64,000 nucleotides of DNA from a virus: positions 1-64,000 of the IMG/VR virus record IMGVR_UViG_3300031957_002648; one strand, written 5' to 3'. Shown piece by piece: positions 1-7,981 of this stretch; within the stretch, counting starts at the first letter, position 1, and each line of letters starts with the position of its first letter. The notes under the pieces are model-generated. The model saw nothing but the letters and a program-made list of their open reading frames with translations. It was not told where the DNA came from and made no database searches. The position numbers and the translations under genes are program-made.

Positions 1-103
1 ATCGGCAAGCAAATCCTCCCATGCTTTTTTTACAAAATCAGGTACATTTCTAGGTTCAGTCATTGGTTGTTCTCTTCGTTGTTCAGTCATTTAGATGTCC
101 TCC

Positions 104-457
104 TTAAGAATCGGAAAGTTTACGCATCAGTTCATCGTTCTCTTCAAACGTTCGTTGTCGAGCACGTTCAATGCCTTCTTCACCACAAACATCAGAATTT
201 GCTTGTGGAAGATCTACAACTTGTGGACGCATTGCTTGTTCTAGCTGGACTGCCAATACTGACGGACAAAGCTTTACCGTTGACTTGGTAGCACTTAGCC
301 ACTTAATCACTTGCTCCAACTGCCAGTCAGCAGCGGCACGCATACCTTCTACGAGGCAATCGTAATCATAATCATCGGGGTATTTTTCATACCAAGGTGA
401 CATCTCAACCAAGTGAGACATCTCTTCGATCATCTTTTCAGTCAGTGGGTGGGTCAT
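104..457 (-). CDS. hypothetical phage protein
   Basis: 117-aa ORF; its ATG overlaps the stop of the upstream small ORF (ATGA). Confidence 0.6.
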   Translation of the reverse strand: MTHPLTEKMIEEMSHLVEMSPWYEKYPDDYDYDCLVEGMRAAADWQLEQVIKWLSATKSTVKLCPSVLAVQLEQAMRPQVVDLPQANSDVCGEEGIERARQRTFEENDELMRKLSDS

Positions 458-588
458 TTGAAATTAGTGAGAGAATGGTACACTGCTTCGATGTGCATGT
501 TGCCTTTAACATATCCGGCCACTATAACACAGAGGGTGAAGAAAATCACCCCCAGTAGTGACAGAACTTGAGGAAGTGGACTCTTCAT
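454..588 (-). CDS. small membrane protein (44 aa, MKSPLPQVLSLLGVIFFTLCVIVAGY...)
   Basis: Read by hand; one hydrophobic helix; overlaps the neighbouring genes at both ends. Confidence 0.6.
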   Translation of the reverse strand: MKSPLPQVLSLLGVIFFTLCVIVAGYVKGNMHIEAVYHSLTNFK

Positions 589-956
589 CACTTCATATAC
601 AGATAACCGCCAGCCCAGTCAGCATTTTCAAGCAACCACTCACGATCTTTGATCAGCAGTAGATTGAAACGAACACCTTTAGCAGGTGCTTTGAGTGATG
701 CTGGTTTGTAGACTTCGCCAGTCTTTTTATCAACAAAAGCATGAATAGAACGGGAACCAGCACCAGTTTCCATCCAGATCTTGTGATACTTACGTCCACC
801 ATCAATGTAGAACTTGTAGTCGCTGGTGCCACCATTGTTGCGACGTTTGAAGTTATCAAGCAGAGCATCACACAGCATCAGGCAATACTTACGGATGTTA
901 AGCTGAATAGTGTTTTGTGCATCCTGTTGAGCAGCGAAGTCAGCAAGTGCAGTCAT
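588..956 (-). CDS. conserved cyanophage early hypothetical protein
   Basis: GRKYHKI...HAFVDKKTGEVYKPAS.KAPAKGVRF...DWAGGYLY motif typical of T4-like cyanophages; start placed at MTALAD, downstream of the promoter. Confidence 0.8.
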   Translation of the reverse strand: MTALADFAAQQDAQNTIQLNIRKYCLMLCDALLDNFKRRNNGGTSDYKFYIDGGRKYHKIWMETGAGSRSIHAFVDKKTGEVYKPASLKAPAKGVRFNLLLIKDREWLLENADWAGGYLYMK

Positions 957-974
957 GTGGTCATCCCTTGAGAA

Positions 975-1038
975 CATGGCCAATATACAGCAGCCACAGC
1001 ACCATGGGGAGAATGGTGTGCAGCTCAACAACTGTCAC
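975..1038 (-). promoter_or_regulatory. early-type promoter (TATATT -10 with upstream GTGACA element)
   Basis: Minus strand GTGACAGTTG...CTGCTGTATATTGGCCATG; similar layout at 6112-6175. Confidence 0.45.
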
Positions 1039-1772
1039 GCGATAACTTGATTTTCTGGAATTAAGTGCATATATTTTCTCATGATATTGTAACGCTTTTG
1101 TCTGAATAAAACATGAGGATCATACACATATTCATCCAATTTATCACATATTGGTTCATCATGCTTATCGGCAAGTTCTCCCCAATAATTCCATTCTCTC
1201 AAATCACCTAAGTTGTGTATGTAGCTGGTTGTCCAGAATACCATTGCAAGACGATCTCCGCGTGTTACTTCATTCACACGATGACCAATACCAGTCTCAT
1301 AAGTTATACCCCATCCAGCCTCTAATTTGAATTGAACTTCTTTACCATCCAACCAAAAAATCAATTCTCCACCATCATATTCCGATGGGTCATTCATAAA
1401 AATAGTCGTACTGAAATGACCATTATCAACCATGTCAAAATGTGGTTTGTAAAATCCTCCGGTTGGAGTTTTGGTAATCAATGGAGATGTGCTTTTCTTT
1501 GGATATGTGAAACGAACAAACTCTTTATTACCGTCAATGGCAGGCCAAATCCTGGTATTATTCAACTCTACATTTTCTGGTAGTTGATAATTTCTTTTTA
1601 TCTTGGACTTATCTCTGTTAGATTCTGGTGGAGCAATAAGTGATACTTTACCATCTATCCAATCAAAGTCTGTCGTTGCATCATCAACCATATCATTTAT
1701 ATCTTTAACTAGAGACTTAATCTCCCATTTAGTAAAGAACTTAGAAATATGAAATCTTGTAGATAGTGTCAT
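1035..1772 (-). CDS. 2OG-Fe(II) oxygenase (PKHD/prolyl-hydroxylase-like)
   Basis: HxD (PHFD), YDGGEL, distal H and R (HRVNEVTRGDR); start at an ATGA overlap with the upstream gene. Confidence 0.9.
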   Translation of the reverse strand: MTLSTRFHISKFFTKWEIKSLVKDINDMVDDATTDFDWIDGKVSLIAPPESNRDKSKIKRNYQLPENVELNNTRIWPAIDGNKEFVRFTYPKKSTSPLITKTPTGGFYKPHFDMVDNGHFSTTIFMNDPSEYDGGELIFWLDGKEVQFKLEAGWGITYETGIGHRVNEVTRGDRLAMVFWTTSYIHNLGDLREWNYWGELADKHDEPICDKLDEYVYDPHVLFRQKRYNIMRKYMHLIPENQVIA

Positions 1773-2968
1773 TTGAACCAAGTAACTAATGAATAACGTG
1801 TACCACTGGTGACAGGCATCACACGATGAGAAAATACAAAGTTTGATGGAAATGCTACGATAGATCCTTTCTTAAGTTTTGGAATATAACTTCCATACAA
1901 GAAAGCAAGATCTCCGCCTTCAAAATCATCTGGATCACTCAACAATGCAACCATTGAAAGTTCTCTGTGCTGTCGAGTTCCTGAATCAGCATGACAAACA
2001 TATTGTCCTCCAACATCATATCTCAACAGGAAATATCCTTCATCAGCTTGAACATCAACGAAGTCGTATAGTTTAGCATACTCTTGCGAAACTTTATTTA
2101 CTGCTTCATACAAACTCATGTCAATAAGTTTTGCCGCATCATCTTTGAGTCTACTGATTTCCAGAATATCATTAACTCTTTGTTTTGATTTTTTATTGCC
2201 ATCCATTTCATCACCAGCAGTTAAAGCTGGAGTCCATGCTTTATGGTCTCTATCAAAATACTCAACAATATGGTCACAAAGATCTGGATCTATTGCATCA
2301 TGAACTACATGAATATAATCTGATACTAATACTTCAGTCTTTCCGTATTTTGGTTTGTTGCACCGCCATCCAAGATCTATGAGTTCATTTCGCAATATCT
2401 TTGATCGTATTCTTCCTTCATGACATTTAATATCAGGAACGAAAACATCATCATTTACAAGTCTTGCACCATAACTATTCTCTCTCACATAATGTAAGAA
2501 GAATGCAGTGTAATTATTTCCCTCAAACTTCTCTCTCCAATGCTCATTGTGAACGCCAAGAAAAATCAATGCGTCTCCAATTTCCAACTCAATTTCTTGA
2601 GGATTATTGTCCCAATCTTCGATGTAAATTGGCCAATCATGATCTTTATTAAGTATTACACTCACAGATATTTCACATGCTGGTCTGTCAATGTGTTTTT
2701 TTAATTCCTCACCATTGCCATACACTCTAGAATATGAATATGTTGGTAAGAGAGGCTCTTCTACGAGGAGAGATAGTTTATCTAAATTATCAGACAATTC
2801 TTTCTCTGCTAGTGCATACTTATATTTTGCTGGTGATTGTGGACATTGACCATCTGGTTCCCACTCTTCACAATCTTTCAATACTTGTTGATAAAGAAAA
2901 TCTGCATGTTCCGCGCTAATAAAATTAGGAACATGCAGATAGTTTTTAGAAAGTAAATCAGCGTTCAT
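1769..2968 (-). CDS. two-domain 2OG-Fe(II) oxygenase
   Basis: Domain 1 KHIDRPACE...HWRE; domain 2 HADSG...FEGGDL...FPSNFVFSHRVMPVTSGTRYS. Confidence 0.9.
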   Translation of the reverse strand: MNADLLSKNYLHVPNFISAEHADFLYQQVLKDCEEWEPDGQCPQSPAKYKYALAEKELSDNLDKLSLLVEEPLLPTYSYSRVYGNGEELKKHIDRPACEISVSVILNKDHDWPIYIEDWDNNPQEIELEIGDALIFLGVHNEHWREKFEGNNYTAFFLHYVRENSYGARLVNDDVFVPDIKCHEGRIRSKILRNELIDLGWRCNKPKYGKTEVLVSDYIHVVHDAIDPDLCDHIVEYFDRDHKAWTPALTAGDEMDGNKKSKQRVNDILEISRLKDDAAKLIDMSLYEAVNKVSQEYAKLYDFVDVQADEGYFLLRYDVGGQYVCHADSGTRQHRELSMVALLSDPDDFEGGDLAFLYGSYIPKLKKGSIVAFPSNFVFSHRVMPVTSGTRYSLVTWFK

Positions 2969-2995
2969 GACAAAGATAAGATTTTAATTTTTAGA

Positions 2996-3136
2996 TTAGT
3001 GGGAGTGAACTACACCACTGGCATGAACATGTGGAATAGCACTGTTATAGATGTGGAATGACCCATGTTGAAGTCCTGCGCCAAGCAAAGCTCCTGCAAC
3101 AATTAAAGGAGCAAATCTTAAGATTCTCAAAGCCAT
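2996..3136 (-). CDS. 46-aa His-rich microprotein with N-terminal hydrophobic segment
   Basis: Hand translation MALRILRFAPLIVAGALLGAGLQHGSFHIYNSAIPHVHASGVVHSH; late-promoter-like ATAAATA about 25 nt upstream. Confidence 0.65.
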   Translation of the reverse strand: MALRILRFAPLIVAGALLGAGLQHGSFHIYNSAIPHVHASGVVHSH

Positions 3137-3141
3137 GAATA

Positions 3142-3276
3142 CTATTGTTGAATGACTGGTGTATTTATGTGAGAATGTTCGTGAGTGTCAAAAAACATCT
3201 GATGAGTAGATTCCCACAAAACAACAGATGCGACTGCAATTAAAATGTATTCAGATAATTTATAGAATTTTTTCAT
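3142..3276 (-). CDS. 44-aa His-rich microprotein with N-terminal hydrophobic segment
   Basis: Hand translation MKKFYKLSEYILIAVASVVLWESTHQMFFDTHEHSHINTPVIQQ; ATGA overlap with the oxygenase stop at 3273. Confidence 0.6.
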   Translation of the reverse strand: MKKFYKLSEYILIAVASVVLWESTHQMFFDTHEHSHINTPVIQQ

Positions 3277-3926
3277 GGATTTGGTTTCTTAAATGGTTCG
3301 TTAAAAGTTTTGTCATATAGCCAACCAGTGACTATGTATTTTGTTTCCGTTTTAGGAGGAAATCCTCTATGTAAGTATGTCCAGGTAGCAGGAAACAATA
3401 ACAGTTTACCACATTCTGGTTGGATTTTGGTGCCATCAATGAACTCAGTGTATCCATCCTCTTTTATATCATTTAGATACCAAATAAAAGTGAGTAGTCT
3501 GACACCAAACTCTTTTTCAAGATTGTAATCCGTGTGCCAATGATAATATCCTCCAGGTTTTGTTCTCTGTATTTGATAACCTCTATCCACAAATGGTGGC
3601 ATACTCCAAAAGTATCCACTTTCAGGATGGCAAAATCTATCACACCAATCATCAAGACCTTTATTTAAAGCCGTGTAGAAAACCTTGTCTTCATCTTTCC
3701 AATTATTTGTTGAGATAAAAAGATCATCTGAGGTTTTTATAGTTTGATCTACAATCCATTTTGTACCAATAGATCCAGGAGCAACGTCTGGATCGTTTTC
3801 AAACTTTTCAATACAGTGTTCGCAAAAATCTCTATCAAGGTTATTTGGGTATGTGAGAATAAAATCACTAGAGGCAAATTGCTGTTTTTCCTCTAATGGA
3901 GCATTTTTAGTTTTGAACCGAGGCAT
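3273..3926 (-). CDS. 2OG-Fe(II) oxygenase
   Basis: HWHTD, WYLND...GYTEF, FPATWTYLHRG...KYIVTGW. Confidence 0.9.
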   Translation of the reverse strand: MPRFKTKNAPLEEKQQFASSDFILTYPNNLDRDFCEHCIEKFENDPDVAPGSIGTKWIVDQTIKTSDDLFISTNNWKDEDKVFYTALNKGLDDWCDRFCHPESGYFWSMPPFVDRGYQIQRTKPGGYYHWHTDYNLEKEFGVRLLTFIWYLNDIKEDGYTEFIDGTKIQPECGKLLLFPATWTYLHRGFPPKTETKYIVTGWLYDKTFNEPFKKPNP

Positions 3927-4293
3927 ATAAAAAACCTTCGTTAGTGCTGTAATATACGTTAGTTATACCTGCTTCTTTGATAGCCATTTCACAGATAGGA
4001 CATGGTTTTGCCATGCGTAATTTGCCTTGGGGATTGACCCTTGCAACAACTATTGTATCACATTCTTTCTTTGCTTTCACAAGAGCTGAAACCTCTGCAT
4101 GTAGATAAATCTTTTCCCGTAGACCAACACGTTCAGCAAGACTTGCCTGCAATGGATGAGTCTTTTTATCTTTATTGACTCCAATGCTAACAACCTCATT
4201 CTTCTTAAGTAGAATAGCACCAACCTGTTTGCTTGAGTCGGACATCTCCGCAACACAAATAGCTTTGTCAAAGAACTTTTCGTCAATCGGCAT
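3907..4293 (-). CDS. Zn-dependent cytidine/dCMP deaminase-like protein
   Basis: VGAIL, HAE and PCxxC (KPCPIC) motifs. Confidence 0.85.
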   Translation of the reverse strand: MPIDEKFFDKAICVAEMSDSSKQVGAILLKKNEVVSIGVNKDKKTHPLQASLAERVGLREKIYLHAEVSALVKAKKECDTIVVARVNPQGKLRMAKPCPICEMAIKEAGITNVYYSTNEGFLYASVQN

Positions 4294-4849
4294 TGAAGTT
4301 GAAGTTAATTACAGAGCGAAGGTTGTTACTAGGTTGACTGCTAGCATGAAAGTGGTTCCCATCAAATATGATATATTTTCCCTTTTCAGGTTCTATCTCT
4401 TGCATGATAGTGCAACTATTCTTTATAGTACCATCATACTTCTCTTCAAAGAAATATGTTGGGCCGTCACTATCATTGACATAGTATAGTAGAACTGTGT
4501 GCTTATCAGTAGAGTCAACATGTGGGGTATGCCACATATAATCAACATCTCTAGGTAGGAGCATGTTGATCTTAATTCTTGATAAAAGTTCCTCGTCTAA
4601 GTTAAGTTCCCTAATGATAGGTCTACAAAAATTGTAGTATATCCAAGTATCAGACTCAAATTCATTATCGCAGAATACTGGACGGACAAGCTGCGGACCT
4701 TCACCCGCATTTTGAGTAAAAATGATAGCGGGATCGTCTGGTGGTGCAAGAGAGGTTTCCGTATCCAGAAGCCATTGGATTTTTGCATCTTTCATAATAG
4801 CAGTCTCAATATAGTCTGCTAATTGAGAACTAACCCTTCCTATTTTCAT
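4283..4849 (-). CDS. 2OG-Fe(II) oxygenase
   Basis: TPHVD, YYVNDSDGPT, FDG.HFHAS...RSVINFN. Confidence 0.85.
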   Translation of the reverse strand: MKIGRVSSQLADYIETAIMKDAKIQWLLDTETSLAPPDDPAIIFTQNAGEGPQLVRPVFCDNEFESDTWIYYNFCRPIIRELNLDEELLSRIKINMLLPRDVDYMWHTPHVDSTDKHTVLLYYVNDSDGPTYFFEEKYDGTIKNSCTIMQEIEPEKGKYIIFDGNHFHASSQPSNNLRSVINFNFNAD

Positions 4850-6096
4850 TAAACGTAACCAACAGCGGGGACACCTTTGATAAAGATGGTATCAACAATG
4901 CTTTGCAGACGACGTGCAGTTGCTGCCTGAGACTTGCCATAGACAGGAACAGTGATGTGACCGCATGGTTTGCGATAGAATTGCATCTCACCAGCAGGAA
5001 TACGACCGGAAGCAATATCAGCAGCATCATCGTGATCAACACGAATGACACGGCCGATAGTCTGTGCCATCTCAATCACAGGCAGTTGGCGAAGAAGAAC
5101 AGCGTGAGTCAGACCAGGCACGTTGATACCCTCAGACAGGATGCTGTAGTGAAACAGAACAAACTTGCGTGACTTGTCTTTACCCCATGCCTGAAGAGTT
5201 TCAAAGAACTGTTGACGAGTCACTTTGTTCTGATTAACATAAGCACCGTGCTTGCTAGTGATATGTAGCACGTCAAAGCCACGCTCACGCAGTTGATACA
5301 GAAGGTCAGATTTGCTGATGGTATTCCACAGCACGCGAGTATTAGGTGCAGCAACTAGAACTTTGCCGATACCTTTGATGTCATCGAGCACGTCAAGCAC
5401 AGTGTCACGATCAACACGGTGAGCATTGTGCTTGTCACGGGTGACATCACGCTCATAAGGAACAATCTGAGGAGGAATGATGCTACCGTTGCTGATAAGC
5501 TCTGGAGCAGGAACATTCATGATTGTGTTACCGAACACAAGAGAGTTATTCATACCACGACCAGCACCATTGCGAGAGAACTTAGGAGTCGCGGTGAAGA
5601 AGTATGCGTTGTCAGCATCCATGGACGTTGCAGCTACACCGACAAAGTGAGCACGTTGAGTGGCATTGTGTGCCTCGTCAAAGTATGCAATGTTGACATC
5701 AATGCCAGAATCAACAACACGACCAAGAGAATGATAGGTGGTGAAGATAAGTTCGTGAACACCAGCAGTCTTGCAAACTTCGTGATGGCACTCAATTTGT
5801 TGTGCTTTTGTGGTGCGATTGCCAGCAACGTCACCACTGTGAACGTGAAGAACACAGGCATCAACAACACCGTTGAGAGCAGCTGTGAACTCTTCAAACA
5901 GTTGAACAGCGAGCAGGATGCGAGGAGCAACCACAACGACAGTCTGACGCTCCTGAGAGGCGCTCAGACGACGCTTAAGGTCTTCGATCATGATGAACGT
6001 CTTGCCGCCGCCTGTAGGGCAATAGATGGTGCCTTTGGAAGCAGACTCAAGGGCATCGAGAGCGCGTTGCTGGTGGGGGCGAAGAGTGATGGGCAT
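4849..6096 (-). CDS. superfamily 2 helicase (DEAH, ResIII-like)
   Basis: LRPHQ Q-motif, PTGGGKT, DEAH, TAT, LSEGIN, QTIGRVIR. Confidence 0.9.
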   Translation of the reverse strand: MPITLRPHQQRALDALESASKGTIYCPTGGGKTFIMIEDLKRRLSASQERQTVVVVAPRILLAVQLFEEFTAALNGVVDACVLHVHSGDVAGNRTTKAQQIECHHEVCKTAGVHELIFTTYHSLGRVVDSGIDVNIAYFDEAHNATQRAHFVGVAATSMDADNAYFFTATPKFSRNGAGRGMNNSLVFGNTIMNVPAPELISNGSIIPPQIVPYERDVTRDKHNAHRVDRDTVLDVLDDIKGIGKVLVAAPNTRVLWNTISKSDLLYQLRERGFDVLHITSKHGAYVNQNKVTRQQFFETLQAWGKDKSRKFVLFHYSILSEGINVPGLTHAVLLRQLPVIEMAQTIGRVIRVDHDDAADIASGRIPAGEMQFYRKPCGHITVPVYGKSQAATARRLQSIVDTIFIKGVPAVGYV

Positions 6097-6117
6097 CGGT
6101 GTCCTGTTGATGTGGCC

Positions 6118-6156
6118 ATTATAGCAGAATAGGGCCCCCTGTGAAGAGGGCCCTAC
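6118..6156 (-). promoter_or_regulatory. sigma70-type early promoter inside a GC hairpin
   Basis: TAGGGCCCTC-TTCACA-GGGGGCCCTA-TTCTGC-TATAAT upstream of the helicase. Confidence 0.6.
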
Positions 6157-6180
6157 CAGTTGTCAGATTGTCACATGGAC

Positions 6181-7347
6181 TCAGGGTTGAGTCAGAGTGA
6201 GGCAATCACCTTGTGGGTTGAAAGTGATAGTTTCGCCGTACATATCGACGATGTTCTGTTCAGTAGGACGACCCTGATCTTTAGGGTCAGGCTTGATGTA
6301 CTGTGCCTTAAATCCTGCGAGTTTGACTTGAATACGAGACTCATCAAACTCACCACAGTCATCGAAGATGCTCATGGCAAACTTCACCCAAATCTCCTTC
6401 TGCTCATTCCATTCAGCGATGAACTTGTCACGGAACTCTTCAAGATCCTCCACACGATTCTGGGAGTAACCTACAACCCAGACAGGAACTCCATACTTGA
6501 TAGAGTTACTGATAGCACGAGCCCAGACGGACTTGTTGTTACCAGCACCAGAGCAATAGACGATGAATCCTTGCTTCTTGATTTCAGAAGCCGAGCGTCC
6601 ATCAATACCTTGCTTGGGTAGTCCTTGAGCAGAGATGAAACCATTCAGAGTGTTCTTACCGTGCCCAGTAGAGTTGTAGGTACGGAAGTTAGCGAAAGTT
6701 TCACACTGAGACAGTGAAGCCTTAAGGATCTTACCACGTTGTTGTGGAGTCTTGTCAGCAGCAATGATGTCAATGAAAGAAGCGATTGCTTCCTCAGTGT
6801 TCTCAATCAGACCACGTTCCTTGGCATTGACAACCTCCTTCACTACGTCGGTAGTCTTCTGCTCCAACTGAGGATTACAGTGGTGGTTGCTCACATTACG
6901 AGCAACAACTTCGGCATACTCACTCTCATAAGAGTAGATGTCGAAGATGTAACACTCTTGACCCAAGATGTCAAGAGCAGCACCACGGTTGAAACCAGCT
7001 TGTGCTTTCAGACCATACTGACTAGCATTAGCAGCATCGAAACATGCGATGGGTGGTTGTGCATCAAGACGATAACCAATCGTCTCAAAGTTGTTAGCGA
7101 GGTTACGAACGTGCTCCGTTTCGTTGTTCTTATCACGGGGCTGTTCTGACTCATCATATCGTACAAACTGACGAGGGATGATATAGCGACCGAGAAACTC
7201 AGCACCAGGAAATTCCTTGGGAGGTGCAGCTTCAAGAGATTCCTGCAAGATTTCCTCAGTTAAACCGAGAGGGTTGTTACAGGTTAGCAACACTTTAGCC
7301 CACATAGAGAGGACTTCAGCATTGACATTGGAAGTTGAAATGTTCAT
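6181..7347 (-). CDS. hypothetical protein with probable ParB/Srx-like N-terminal domain
   Basis: QPR...VRNLANNFETIG...PP...GFNRGAAL..LG pattern resembles the ParB-N fold; 388-aa ORF. Confidence 0.6.
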   Translation of the reverse strand: MNISTSNVNAEVLSMWAKVLLTCNNPLGLTEEILQESLEAAPPKEFPGAEFLGRYIIPRQFVRYDESEQPRDKNNETEHVRNLANNFETIGYRLDAQPPIACFDAANASQYGLKAQAGFNRGAALDILGQECYIFDIYSYESEYAEVVARNVSNHHCNPQLEQKTTDVVKEVVNAKERGLIENTEEAIASFIDIIAADKTPQQRGKILKASLSQCETFANFRTYNSTGHGKNTLNGFISAQGLPKQGIDGRSASEIKKQGFIVYCSGAGNNKSVWARAISNSIKYGVPVWVVGYSQNRVEDLEEFRDKFIAEWNEQKEIWVKFAMSIFDDCGEFDESRIQVKLAGFKAQYIKPDPKDQGRPTEQNIVDMYGETITFNPQGDCLTLTQP

Positions 7348-7409
7348 TAAATGAATAACAGTTGGACATGTGACCTCGGGAGTTGAACTCCTGTCCCGAT
7401 CACATGGCT

Positions 7410-7438
7410 AATATACGATGGTTTGCCTGGCCTGTCAA
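7410..7438 (-). promoter_or_regulatory. sigma70-type promoter
   Basis: TTGACA-N17-TATATT. Confidence 0.75.
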
Positions 7439-7944
7439 CCCTTTTCCCAATCTTTTTTGAGTCTCACGCCGAGAACCCTCTTACATAACTCAAGAGATAC
7501 CTGTTGTGGCCTGCCTTTCCACCCATACCATTTAGTTTTCTTTCCCGTATCATATGGTGGATTCTCTCCTACTTCCCAGTATTGTTCTGCCGTACAATCA
7601 TACACAGTCTCACCATGTTGAGCCCACCAATGTTTCTCACCACGATAATCTTCTCCACTATATGATACTAACTCATCACTATCAATGAGATAGCACAATG
7701 CTTGTGTGGCATGATAACAATGACCATAGAATCGATTGAATCCCTTATCTTTGGGATACATCAATCTCTTTCCTTTTAATAGATCTACAGTCAGATGTGT
7801 CTGAATCAGATATAATACTTCCTCAACATCATCAAGGGACCAGGGCTCAAACTCAAGAACCCTAGTCCCTATGATAACATCACCATCATAACGATGTCTT
7901 TCTATAATCTTCATAGAGCCATCTGTCTCATTCATCCTGGACAA
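7435..7944 (-). CDS. hypothetical protein
   Basis: 169-aa ORF with GHCYHATQAL...HWW...YDCT (possible Cys-His-Asp transglutaminase-like triad). Confidence 0.7.
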   Translation of the reverse strand: MSRMNETDGSMKIIERHRYDGDVIIGTRVLEFEPWSLDDVEEVLYLIQTHLTVDLLKGKRLMYPKDKGFNRFYGHCYHATQALCYLIDSDELVSYSGEDYRGEKHWWAQHGETVYDCTAEQYWEVGENPPYDTGKKTKWYGWKGRPQQVSLELCKRVLGVRLKKDWEKG

Positions 7945-7981
7945 GCCAGATTCTACACATATTTTAGATACTTGTCAAGTA

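Noticed and set aside
5419-6132. Long antisense ORFs (e.g. 237 aa opposite the helicase, 194 aa at 53218-53802)
   Set aside because: They lie wholly opposite strongly supported genes and are explained by codon bias; no motifs or expression signals.
7367-7406. GGAGTTCAACTCC hairpin resembling a tRNA T-arm
   Set aside because: No D or anticodon arm; best read as a 5' leader hairpin of the 388-aa gene.
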